From positions 1 to 64,000 of the forward strand of contig MCFE01000304.1 of assembly GCA_002104905.1 (NCBI GenBank): a DNA stretch of 64,000 bases, given 5' to 3'. The stretch is from Basidiobolus meristosporus CBS 931.73 (taxonomy: Eukaryota; Fungi; Basidiobolomycota). Position numbers and translations under genes: made by a program. The number at the start of each line of letters is the position of its first letter. Position 1 is the first letter of the stretch. Positions 35,601 to 47,992 of this stretch are shown in pieces. The notes beneath the pieces were generated by a model. That model saw only the letters and a list, made by a program, of their open reading frames with translations, had not been told where the DNA came from and did no database searches.

Positions 35601-36613
35601 CAGATAGAGCAAATCCAGTTCTATTAGCTCTATATGTGGATGATCTTATTATAGCCACCAATAACCTAGAAACATTGGAAGAGACTAAATCCAGCCTATC
35701 TAAGGAGTTCAAGATGTCCAATCTAGGAGAACTCAGTTACTACTCAGGGATTAAGTTCTCCATAGGCAGAAGTACCCAGACTATTACCCTAAGCCAATCC
35801 AAGTATATTCAAGATATACTAAAGAAGTACAAAATGGAAGACTGTAAACCGGCAGCTACCCCAATGGAGACAAACCTTAACTTGGTCAAAACTCAACCAA
35901 ATCAAGAGAGCTTGGTGCCATCAGAAAGCCCTGACTTTCCTTATCAATCTATGGTCGGCAGTCTGATGTATATCATGCTTGGAACACGTCCAGATATCTT
36001 ATATTCAGTGGGAGTTGTCAGCCAACATAATCAGAATTATGGATCTGATCATATTGCAGCAGTTAAGCGGATTTATAGATACCTAAAAGGAACTGCTGAT
36101 ATCTGCTTAAGATACACTTATAAGGATTCAGAACAGGATCTTGTGGGATACTCTGATGCTGATTGGGGACGAAATTTAGAAGACAGAAGATCCACCACAG
36201 GATACACCTTTCTTTACTGTAAAGGAGCAATTTCATGGAATTCAAGAAAGCAACCAACCGTAGCACTTTCTACTACAGAGGCAGAGTATATGGCAGCCTG
36301 TGAAGCTACAAAAGAAGCAATGTGGTTAAGAAAACTCTTTACAGATTTAGGCCTATGTCAAAAAATGCCTATTACTTTATTTCAAGATAATCAAGGGTGT
36401 ATACAATTAGGTAGAAATCCAACTTTTCATGCTAGAACCAAGCACATAGATATTAGACATCATTTCATATGTGAAGCTATAGAGAATAACTTAGTTAGCT
36501 TAGTTTACTGTTCTACAGATGAAATGATTGCAGACATATTTACCAAACCATTAGCTAGAGACAAGTTTGAATATCTTAGGTCAAAATTAGGACTAGTCAG
36601 TATGAACATTTAG
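32642..36613 (+). pseudogene. Single-frame copia gag-pol (1324 codons) with two nonsense codons in 5' gag; the remaining 1197 aa are open
   Basis: KLDGSNY, zinc knuckle CNYCKRKGHTSDRC, protease YIDSGASQH, LWHRRFGH, integrase [36 protein letters not shown], RNase H YSDADWG/KHIDIRHHF; stops near 32738 (TAG) and 32999 (TAA). Confidence 0.92.
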
Positions 36614-36624
36614 CTGAGTGGGAG
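36613..36624 (+). promoter_or_regulatory. Polypurine tract (GCTGAGTGGGAG)
   Basis: Directly precedes the 3' LTR; conserved before the LTRs at 39452 (minus), 49253 and 52733. Confidence 0.75.
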
Positions 36625-36973
36625 TGTTGTAAAAATTTGTATTTCCACCTAAATATTCACCTAACTTAGTCACTTAGATCATTACCTTCAAATCCTAGAA
36701 AATACTGACCAAATTCCTTGTCGGGATTTACTTAGAATATTTTCACCAAAATACCAGGTACCCAGAACATGAAAATTCTCAAAGTTGTCCAAACAGCCCC
36801 AAACTTTGCACACATGTTCTTGGGACCTTCCTTAACCTATTCTACGTGTTTGTAATGCCAAGACCAGGTAAAAGTATAAATACTACTTTTACATTCAATA
36901 AATCATTAAGTGAAAACCACATAATCTACTTGTTCTCCCAATCACTTCCAATATCTCCAAGACTCTTACAACA
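36625..36973 (+). repeat. 3' LTR of C1
   Basis: 349 bp TG...CA; followed by gag sequence of copy C2 (gaatt aagaaaatcaagc). Confidence 0.92.
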
Positions 36974-39103
36974 GAATTAAGAAAATCAAGCGCTAATAAG
37001 CATGAAGAAGAAAATGCTTTAATAAGCAATGATAACCAACAAAAAATGTACCCAAGACCTTACAAAGGCAATGGCAACCTGTTTTGCAACTACTGCAAAT
37101 GGAAAGGACACACATCAGACTGGTGTCTCAAACAGAGAGATAATCAGCAAAAGAAGCCTGAATATGGAAATGCTGCAACAGCTGAAGATAGACAGTTCAT
37201 ATCTGCACTAAATATGACCACAAACAAGGATTCTCAGATGTAGTACATTGACTCTGGGGCATCTCAACACTATACAAACCAAAAAGAACTTTTTACCTAA
37301 TATCAAGAAATTCCAATTAGGAAGGTATTCATGGGTGACAATAGAACACTTGATGCAGTGGGAGAAGGAACTATCCAAGTGAGCCTAAGAAGCAGCAAAG
37401 GAAGCCATACACTGACCTTCAAGGAAGTACTCTATCTACCAGAAATAGCCAAGAACCTACTATCTGTAAGTAAGGCCACAGCAGAAGGACTCAGTTTCAG
37501 CTTTGACAATTCTGGATGCAGCATCACTGATCAAAATGGTGGGCATATTGCTTTGGGCATCAAAGATCAGAATCCATACAGGTTGACTTATATTCCATCA
37601 TATGTGGAAGCCAGTATAAGTAACTCAAATGAAGAAACACAAATGCTTTGGCACAGGAGATTTGGGCACAACAATTGGGATCCTTTGTGCAAAATGATCA
37701 AAAATCAGCTAATATCCGGAGTAAAATTGATCCACTAGCTAACTTGGAGCACTGTGGAGTCTCCATTATGAGAAACAAGCCAGACAGTTATTCAAGAACT
37801 CTGGGTTAATCAAAACTAAGAAAAAATTAGATTTAATTCACTCAGATCTCTGAAGACCTATGAAGAATTTTTCCTTAGGCAGGATGAAATATTAATCACT
37901 TTTATTGATGATTATACAAGATACACATTTGTCTACTTCATGGAGAGAAAGCAAGAAGCTCTGTCTAAGCTCAGGGGATTTAAAGCCATGGTGGAGAGAG
38001 AAACTGGTGATAAAATCAACAAAATATGTTCTGAAAATGGTGGAGAATTTACCTCAAGCTCTTCATCCACTTCTGCAAAATTCAAAGGATAAAGCAAGCA
38101 GCTACTGTACCATACTCCCCACAACCAAATGGAGTAGCAGAACGTGCTAACAGATCAATAACTAATATGGCAAGATCAATGATCCATGATCCAAAATTAT
38201 CCTATGATTTTTGGGCAGAATCAGTTGCTACAGCTGTATACCTTGTAAATAGGAGTTATAGCAGGGTACTCTGTGACTCTACTCCATCTGAAGCATGGTA
38301 TAGATACAGGTCAAGTGCAGAACATCTAAGAAAACTTGGGTGTGCAGCATATGCCAAGAAACTGCCCTGAAATCAGTCAAAATTTGAGCCTAAAAGTGTA
38401 AAATGCATATTTTTGGGCTACTGCAATGAGAGTAAAGCATACAGACTCTACCATACCAAAGCAAAGATGCTAATCAAGTCCAGGGATGTGCTATTTGATG
38501 AAAATTTAAAATTTTCACAAAAAGTGACATCAGACAATGACACAAATTTGATCTAAAGACCACCAATTGTCAGAATTGAATTAGAGCAAAACAATGAAGA
38601 TTTTTTCACTCCAGAGGACTCTACAATCATGGTGCAGCCTGAATCAGTGCCCAGGAATATTCCAGAAGTGATCATTCCAATATCAAATGCCCAGAAATCC
38701 AATTGGACAAGAAATAGCTCAAATTACCATATCAATGACAGTACAAACTTAGCCTATGCCTATTCAGTCCATAGTGATGAGCCCCAGATTGTAAAAGAGG
38801 CCCTAAATAGCCCTCAGGCAAAGTTTTGGAGATCTGCAATGACTGAGGAATATCAGGCCCTGATGGAAAATCAAACTTGGGACTTAGCCATATTTCAAAT
38901 CAACCAAAAATCAATTGGAAACAGATGGGTCTTCAAGAAGAAATACAGGGCTGATGGTACAATTGAAAGATACAAAACAAGAATTGTGGCCAAAGGATAC
39001 TCTCAAACAAATGGACTTGACTATACTGAGACCTTTGCACCTGTAGCCAAGTTTGACTCCATCAGATTGATATTGGCTATTGCAGCCAAATAAAAGTTTT
39101 TTA
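36974..39103 (+). mobile_element. Degenerate copia copy C2, 5' part (gag end to RT start)
   Basis: Colinear with C1 33235-35367, with many stops; interrupted by C3. Confidence 0.9.
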
Positions 39104-42100
39104 TGTTGTAAGAGTTTTGGAGATATTGGAAGTGATTGGGAGAACAAGTAGATTATGTGGTTTTCACAATATGATTTATTGAATGTGAAAGTAGTATTTA
39201 TACTTTTACATGGTCTTGGCATTACAAACACATAGAATAGGTTAAGAATGGTCCCAAGAGCATGTGTGCAAAGCTTGGGGCTGTTTGGACAACCTTGAGA
39301 ATTTTAATGTTCTGGGTACCTGGTATTTTGGTGAAAATATTTCAAGTACATCCCGACAAGGAATTTAGTCAGTATTCTCTAGGATTTGAAGGTAATGATC
39401 TAAGTGACTAAGTTATGTGAATATTTAGGTGGAATTACAAATTTTTACAACACTCCCACTCAGCTAAATGTTCATACTGACTAGTCCTAATTTTGACCTA
39501 AGATATTCAAACTTGTCTCTAGCTACTGGTTTGGTAAATATGTCTGCAATCATTTCATCTGTAGGACAGTAAACTAAGCTAACCAAGTTACTCTATAGCT
39601 TCACATATGAAATGATGTCTAATATCTATGTGCTTGGTTCTAGCATGAAAAGTTGGATTTCTACCTAATTGTATACATCCTTGATTATCTTGAGATAAAT
39701 TAATAGGTGTTTTTTGGCATAGGCCTAAATCTGTAAAAAGCTCTCTTAACAACATTGCTTCTTTTGTAGCTTCACAGGCTGCCATATACTCTGCCTCTGT
39801 AGTAGAAAGTGCTACGGTTGGTTGCTTTCTTGAATTCCATGAAATTGCTCCTTTACAGTAAAGAAAGGTGTATCCTGTGTTGGATCTTGTGTCTTCCACG
39901 TATTGCCCCCAGTCAGCATCAGAGTATCCCACAAGATCCTGTTCTGAATCCTTATAAGTGTATATTAAGCAGATATCAGCAGCTCATTTTAGGCATCTAA
40001 AAATCCGCTTAACTGTTGCAATATAATCAGATCCGTAGTTTTGCTTATGTTGGCTGACAGCTCCCACTGAATATGAGAAATCTGGACGTGTTCCAAGCAT
40101 GATATACATTGGACTGCCAGTCATTGATTGATGAGGAAAGTCAGGGCTTTCAGATGGCACCACGCTCTCCTGATTTGGTTGAGTTTTTACCAAGTTAAGG
40201 TTTGTCTCCATTGGGTTAGCTGCCAGTTAACAGTCTTCCATTTGGTACTTCTTTAGTATATCTTGAATATACTTGACTGGCTTAGGGTGATGGTCAGGAT
40301 ACTTCTGTCTATGGAGAACTTAATCTCTAAGTAGTAACTGAGCTCTCCTAGATTAGACATCTTGAACTACCAGATAGGCTGGATTTAGTCTCTTCCAATG
40401 TTTCTAGATTATTGGTGGCTATAATAAGATCATCCACATATAGAGCTAATAGACTGGATTTGCTCTATCTGGCTTATAGTATATACTATAGTCAGCATAA
40501 CTCCATTTGAAACTCAAAGATTTCAAATAAAAATCTATCTTGCAATTTCAGGCTCTTGGTGATTGTTTGAGAACATATAATGACTTTTTGAGCTTGCAGA
40601 CCAAATGGTGGTTATCTTGGTCAACAAACCCATCAGGCTGATCCATATACACGTCCTCATTAAGTTCCTATTCAAAAATGCAGTTTTTACATCCATTTGA
40701 GGAATAAAAAACTTATATTTGGCTGCAATAGCCAATATCAATCAGATGGAATTAAACTTGGCTACCCATGCAAAGGTCTTGGTATATTCAAGTCCTTTTG
40801 TTTGAGAGTATCCTTTGGCTACAAGTCTTGCTTTGCATCTTTCAACTGTACCATCAGCCTTGTATTTTGTCTTGAAGACCCTTCTGCATCTAATTGATTT
40901 TTGGTTAGTTGGTAATTTGACAAAGTCCCAAGTTTGATTTTCCATCAGGGCCTGATATTCCACAGTCATTGCAGATTTCCAAAACTTGGTCTGAGGGCTA
41001 TTTAGGGCCACCTTTACAGTCCGGGGTTCATCAATATGGACTGAACAGGCATAGGCTAAGTTTGTGCCCTCATTGATATAGTAATTTGGGCTATTTCTTG
41101 TCCAATTGGATCTCCAGGCATTTGATAATGGAATGATCACTTCTGGGAAATTCCTGAGCACTGATTCTGGCTGAACCATGGTTGTAGAGTCCTCTGGAGT
41201 GAAAAAATTATCATTGTTTTGCTCTGATTCAATCCTGACAATTGGTGGACTTAAGATTATATTTTTGTCATTGTCCGGAGTCATTTTTTGTGAAAATGTT
41301 AAATTTTCATCAAGCAACACATCCCTGGACTGGATTTACTTCTTTGCTTTGGTATTGTAGAGTCTCTATGCTTTACTGTCATTGCAGTAGCCCAAAAACA
41401 TGCATGTTACACTTTTTGGCTCAAATTTTGACTGATTTCCGGGCAGTTTCTTGGCATATGCTGTACGCCCAAATACTCTTAGATGCTCTACACTTGGTCT
41501 GTATCCATACCATGCTTCAAATGGAATAGAATCACAAAGTGCTCAGTTATAACTCTTATTTTTCAGATATACAGCAGTGGCAACTGATTCTGCCCAAAAA
41601 TCATAGGATAATTTTTAATCATGGATCATAGTTGTTGCCATATCAATTATTGATCTGTTAGCATGTTCTGCTACTCCATTTTGCTGTGAGGGGTATGGTA
41701 CAGTATTCTCTTGCTTTATCCCATGAATTTTGCAGAAGTGGATGAGGAGCTTTGAGGTATATTCTCCACCATTGTTAGAGTGTACTTTCTTGATTTTCTC
41801 ACCAATTTCTCTCTCCACCATAACGTTAAGCTCCCTGAACTTAGACAGAGCTTCTTTCATTCTCTCCATGAAGTAGACAAGTGTGTATGTTGTATAATTA
41901 TCAATAAAAGTGATTAAATACTTCATCTGGCCTAAGAATAAATTTTGCATAGGTCCACACAGATCTGAGTAAATTAGATTTAATTATTTCTTAGTTTTGA
42001 TTAACCCAGAGCTCTTGAATGGTTGTCTGGCTAGTTTCCCATATATGCAGGCTTCACAGTGCTCCAAATTAGCTGGGGGATCAGTTTTTACTCCAGAAAT

Positions 42101-42694
42101 TAGCTGATCATTGATCATTTTGCGCAAATAATCAAAATTGATGTGTCTAAATCTCCAGTGCCAAAGCATTGGTGTTTCTTAATTTAAGTTACTTATATTG
42201 GCTTCCAAATATGATGGAATATAAGTCAACTTGTATAGATTCTGATCTCTGATACCCACAGCAATATGGCATCATTTTGATCAGTGATCTTGCATCCAGA
42301 AGTGTCAAAGCTGAAACTGAGTCCTTCTGCTGTGGCCTTGCTTACAGATAGTAGGTTCTTGGCTATTTCTGGTGCATAGGGTACTTCTTTAAAGGTCAGT
42401 GTGTGGCTTCCTTCACTGCTTCCTAGTTTACTTCGATAGTTACTTCTCTCACTGCATCAAGTGTTCAATTGTCACCCATGAAAACCTTCTTAATTGGAAT
42501 TTCTTGATATTAGACTTGTTCCATTGGATAGTGCCACATAGTGCCAGCCTGTTTATGGTGCTGGATTGATCTGGCACTCTACAGCACTATCTGGCACTAT
42601 AATTTCTACCATGATGCCAGTGGTATGATACACTTACTGGTAATTTTACTCAATCTTACTTATGTTGCTCAGAATAGTGCTTTCCTTGCTTTAT

Positions 42695-43580
42695 TTACTC
42701 TTCATAATGCTCCAGACACATTTCTCTCAGTGGATGTCTTCTTGTATGAACATACTGTGCATTAATAAGTATCTTAACTATTTTACCTATTCTGCTGTTT
42801 TCTCCTATATATGACTTTCCTCTCTATTTACCTGCCAATATGCTGAATTATCTTCAGATATCCAAATGTGTGCTCTACCCTCACTCTGAAATGATTAAAT
42901 ATCTCATTGTAGAGCTTCTGCTTCCTGCTAAGCACACCATTCCTTGGCTTCCTATAAGCTGTAATACATCCTAATCACTGACAATCCTCTCCTATATAGG
43001 CCAAGTCTGCCATACATTTCTCCCCTCTACTGAATTCAGGATGATTCTCTACCCAGAGTGCTGTGTCATGTCTACTTCCAGCAAATGGCCCACTAAACCA
43101 GATGATGTTACCCTCAATGTCAGACAGTGCTTGAAACTTCACACAGTGTGCCTTGTACTTGCCAGAATAAAAGTGCCTCTGCCCTCTAGAAGGTCTGTTA
43201 ATCCTCACTGGGAAGGTATCCAAAATACTCCTGATATGGAACCTGTTGCTGAACACTCTGGGATATGGGAGTCTATTGGAGCTTCTGAACCTAGTATTCC
43301 AAGCTTGCTCTAAGTCATTCATACCCTCTGCAAGGTGGTTCTCCATTGCTGTCAGCTGGGAATGAAAGCTTCTAGGACTTTTGTTGCCATGGATGGTGGG
43401 ATGAAACCTTGTAGGGCAATAGTTCTTGTAATAGCAGAGAAGCTTGACAAGGGATCTCCTTGAGTAGATTGGGGTTGATGGTCCACAGTACTTGGAATAG
43501 ATCTCCTCTAGTGTGTCAAAAGGAAATCCAGTGGTAGTGATGGGATTGATGAGAAAAGACCATTCAGATGAGTAAGTCAT
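42695..43580 (-). pseudogene. DDE_Tnp_4-type transposase of about 295 aa (one TGA at 42975 and a late frameshift)
   Basis: ILDTFPV (D), YSGKYKAHCVKFQ, SGPFAGSRHD, ADLAYIG (D), and after the stop RVRVEHTFGYLK (E). Confidence 0.88.
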
Positions 43581-43939
43581 ATTAAAATTGGTGGATGATT
43601 GTATAAAGGCGGTTTGAGTTGATTTGGCGCAATCCTTGTTATATATCTGATTTTTAATACATTATGGTTAAATCTCCATCAATTGCCATGTATCCCATCA
43701 TTATGTCTCAAAAATCATCCGCAAACAATGCCTTGGTACTTTTGTTGATGCTTTAATCATAGGTCTATAATCAAATAGGAAATCTGCAATTGATGTGATC
43801 TGATCCATGTCAATGCAATCCAAGATGCATCATGCATAATATATGGAAAATTCAACAATCACATTAGTATTCTTATATATTTCATATAAGACCAGGTTGA
43901 TGCCAATATACTGCTGCATAAGTATCCAAATCCGTTGCT

Positions 43940-45202
43940 ATGGTCCCCATACCAAGCCTCAACTCATCTTTAGTACAACCCAGAAAAAACCCATCCCCCA
44001 GCTCACAAGCGCGGTCTGGACCGGAAAAGTCAATGTTGGATCCGTTTGAGTTCTTGCCAAATGATTTCAGTATGGCCCAAGTGTCTATGCTGAGCCTTCA
44101 TACAGATATTTGGGCACTACTGAGTAATCTAGCAGAACTAGATGCCTCAGAGAGTTGACAAAAATGGAAGAATTTGAGTAGAAAGCTGTGGCATGAGTTC
44201 TACATCAAGATGCCAGCCAATGTATGTAAAAAGATATATAACAAGACAAGTATTGAAATCAATAATGAGCTGAGAGTGAGGGGATTTGACAAAGAAGCTG
44301 CGCAGGAGCAATTTTGCGTGCAATTTGCACAGTATGGGCTGGATGCGTCCGTTTGTGCCTCAACTTTGGGAACCAAACAGATTTTGAATGAGTTTTTGCC
44401 TCAAATGACTAATGTACTACGTGATATATTAGTAGAGCTAAGTGGCTTCCAAGAGCAATATACACAGGACTCATCCAGGCAACAGCTCCAAAGTATCAGA
44501 CAGAGGGTAAGTGAATACCTTGAGGAATCAGATGGTGAGCTTCAGGAGGAAGAATACAGACTGCAAGCAACATTATCCAGATTGCGCCAGCACTCCTTGC
44601 TGGATTCCCTACCATCTCTTGCAACCACAGCGCACCAGCGCACGTCAGTCCAGAGTACGCCAACACCATTTACCAGAACACCCCGCATTGAGTCAACATG
44701 CGCGCTTCAGAGCAAAACTACAAGAACTTGCCAAACTGCTCATTTAGACACAAGTTCATTGGAGCGGACCAAGTCGCATCAACTTGCAGCATCACATCAA
44801 ACTCAGCCAAGGGCCATCTCAACGCGTCAAGGCGTGTCTGCGTGTGCTGTTTTGCCTGACCATCAGCAAGTTACTTCTGGTGAACTGACTGATGATGACC
44901 AACATGAAGTGCCTCAACCACTGGAGCCCTTGGCAAGTAAAAGAACGCATCAGCACGTGGCACTACAGGCTGGTTCAGTTGGTTCAGTTGGAGCGATTCA
45001 GCGCAGCCAAGCTGTAGCATTGCACTCATCAACTAGGAGGCAAAATACTGACTACAAACACACAAGTAGCCAAGATCATAGTCAGCCAGGAAGTAGTATA
45101 GGTGTGCAAAGTGAGTCACTACCAAATGCTTCAGTAGTAATCCCTGTGAGAAAAAACCCAGGAGAAGATAATGTGATTGATTTGAATTGCTCAAATTTGT
45201 AA
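43940..45202 (+). CDS. Second (accessory) ORF of P1, divergent from the transposase; helical/coiled-coil N-half and S/T/Q-rich C-half; one in-frame TGA at 44156
   Basis: ORFs 43940-44158 and 44174-45202 share a frame; decayed homologues in P2 (about 59860-61510, minus) and P3. Confidence 0.6.
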
Positions 45203-46383
45203 TGATCCTGACAACCCATTTTTTTTGCGATCCAAATCGAGCCATTGCAAATCAGTGATCATCAAATTTTTGATATAAGTAATATCAAGGTTGTCTCACA
45301 TTTGAGACAGAACCCCTATAAATAAACACCCTGCATATATATACGTCATCTGTAATACTAGTGCAGCTATTGGATCTGTTTTGCACCTACACAATTGCTT
45401 GCGTGCTGGCTATGACACCTTGTCCAATCACTAGGATCAGGGATTTACTTGCTCAGTGAGCAAAATGGGATATTTGATGGCAAATCAGGTAGCTTTTTTA
45501 GTAGTCAATGAGCCAATTGGGGGCTGCCAGCTTCAGGATACTTTTGGACCAATTAACCACTGAGATACTGTCCAATTGGAGTGAGGGTAATCAGAATGGT
45601 AAGTATCAGTGTAGTTTATAGTGTGATACACAATTATTTCCATTTACATTAAAGAAACATTTCCAAATACCAGATATTACCTGCCATAATAGCGGTATCC
45701 AATTGCGCATGTGATGCAAACATTACAAGTTGGCGCAATCATCAGTGCCAACCTCATTGTGTCAGATTGTGCCATAGTGTGCAAGATTGTCCCGCATAGT
45801 GCAAAATTGTCCAAGAACAATCCTTCCTTCTGGTAGCTATAATATTGCGCCCAATTGTTCTTTACAACCGCGGATCATGCCGCACACCCTGGCACAGTAC
45901 AATGGAACAAGTCTATTGGGTAAAAAGCTCTTTTTGGTGTGTCAAGTGCTGAGATGCTCCAGAGTCAACATACCACATCTGAGAATCCTTGTTTGTGGTC
46001 ATATTTAGTGCAGATTTGAATAGTCTATCTTCAGCTGTTGCAGCATTTCCATATTCAGGCTTCTTTTGCTGATAATCTCTCTTTTTGAAGCACCAGTCTG
46101 ATGAGGGTCCTTTCCATTTGCAGCAGTTGCAAAATAGGTTGCTGTTGCCTTTGTAGGGTCTTGGGTACCTCCTTTGTTGGCTATCATTGCTTATTAAAGC
46201 ATTTTCTTCTTCCTTCTTATCAGCACTTGATTTTCTTAATTCTTCTTCCAGGAGCCTTCCATATACATAATTTAAGGTCAAATCTTCAGTTCTGGACTCT
46301 AGGGCTGATACAAGGCCCTGAAACTTGTCTGTCAGGCTGTTCAGGATGGTACACTATCATGTCCTCATCAGTAGTTGGTATGC

Positions 46384-47186
46384 TGTGGTAGGGTAAACAT
46401 ACCTCCCACAGACAAGTCTATTCATATAGCCATTATGATATACTTATCCATATTTTATCTTATCAGTATTATCCCATTCTTCTTTTGCCCATATTATCAG
46501 TATTATCCCCATATGATGTTTACCCTGATTAGTTATAGCATTAGTTATCCCCAATGTTATTCAGCTTTGTGATCAGTATATTTATCTACATAAGGCAAGT
46601 ACCCACATCAGTACCCATAACACATGACCTAGGTCTGTGTTACCATCCCTACCATTTCAATACCATACATGGTATTTCTATGTTGCACAGGTTTCAGACT
46701 ACTGATTCCTGATTGGTTGGACGTGCTGTGCCTTTTAGAACCTTCCAGGACATTCTTGGCATATTTTTAGCTCATAGTGATGTCATTGAGAATTCCACTG
46801 ATGCCTAGAATCTTCTAGAACCTTGTCATTAGTGATCACTTGGCAATCAGGAAACGTATTTGAGGGACAGCAATCCCTCATCAATAAATCATCCCTTCTA
46901 TCAGTAACACTTCTCCCATATTGATTAGCAGTTGATCACTGCACCTGCCTTCATCAGTACATCTCAGACCTGCCATCAAGGAGCTTTTCAGGGTAGTGCA
47001 CAAGACACACAGAGGCCTTTGGAGACACTTGGAGCACCCATGAAGCTAGAGAAGCAGGAGCTTTTATCATAGTGACATATTGACAAAGACACCAGCAGTT
47101 TATACACAGAGGTTATTGCACCCATCAGACACCTCACACACCTTGAGTTGTGCAGCTTCTCCCAGGAGTACCACTACACCACCACA
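46384..47186. mobile_element. Solo LTR (family C, 803 bp) inserted in the gag of C3
   Basis: TGTGGT...ACCACA termini; perfect 4-bp TSD ATGC (46380-46383, 47187-47190); host gag rejoins. Confidence 0.8.
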
Positions 47187-47992
47187 ATGCCCATAGATTC
47201 CATTTCATCTACCAGCAGGGTAATTCTGCTAATTAGATTTTTCATTTCTTCTCCTGACAGTATCTCTGTAGTAAATAATTTTTGACTTAGATACATTTTC
47301 TTAGCAGCTGAACATATTAGCAGGTGTCCTCTAATACCTTCCAGGCATTCTTTGTTGTTTTTGCTCTTGAGCATTGTGTTAGCAAATTGTCTTTAACATT
47401 GAGGCAAATGCAGTTAAAGGCACTTTGTTCTTTCTTCTGGTACTTTAAGGCTTCCTCTCCCATGTTTTTAGGAGGGCATTCTTATCCTATGACAATACCC
47501 CAAAGGGCTCTTTCTTGCAGCAGCATCTTCATCTTCACCATCCACACTTGGTAGTTAGGTCCATCCAACTTTTCAGCAGAGGGAAAAATTCCAGTAATAG
47601 CAGTAGTAGACATTGCAGAGAGTGACAGCCTGGGGCTCATAACCTGTTGTAAGAGTTTTGGAAATATTGGAAGTGATTGGGAGAACAAGTAGATTATGTG
47701 GTTTTCACTTTATGATTTATTGAATGTAAAAGTAGTATTTATACTTTTACATAGTCTTGACATTGTAAGCATGTAGAATAGGTTAAGGATGGTCCCAAGA
47801 GCATGTGTGCAAAGCTTGGGGCTGTTTGGACAACTTTGAGAATTTTCATGTTCTGGGTACCTGGTATTTTGGTGGAAATATTTCAAGTACATCCCAACAA
47901 GGAATTTGGTCAGTATTCTCTAGGATTTGAAGGTAATCATCTAAGTGACTAAGTTAGGTGAATATTTAGTTGGAATCACAAATTTTACAACA

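Larger units (their letters stand above)
32289..36973 (+). mobile_element. Ty1/copia LTR retrotransposon, copy C1 (near full length)
   Basis: LTRs 32289-32637 and 36625-36973 (349 bp, TGTTGTAA...TTACA[A/G]CA); PBS and PPT; gag-PR-IN-RT-RH domain order. Confidence 0.95.
42512..45914. mobile_element. PHIS-type (PIF/Harbinger-IS5-like) DNA transposon, copy P1, 3403 bp
   Basis: Perfect 14-bp TIRs AGACTTGTTCCATT / AATGGAACAAGTCT; ATT TSD (42509-42511, 45915-45917); the copia host sequence rejoins across it; subterminal GTGCCA-like repeats. Confidence 0.9.
39104..47992 (-). mobile_element. Full-length degenerate copia copy C3 inserted in the RT of C2; hosts two further insertions
   Basis: 3' LTR 39104-39452 and 5' LTR 47645-47992 (about 6% diverged by eye, share diagnostic bases); flanks tttta/tttca form a near-perfect 5-bp TSD; PBS at 47632-47644. 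Confidence 0.9.

Noticed and set aside
33020-36613. C1 as an active autonomous retrotransposon
   Set aside because: Two nonsense codons in gag, mismatched LTRs, no TSD and CpG-type substitutions at conserved integrase residues.
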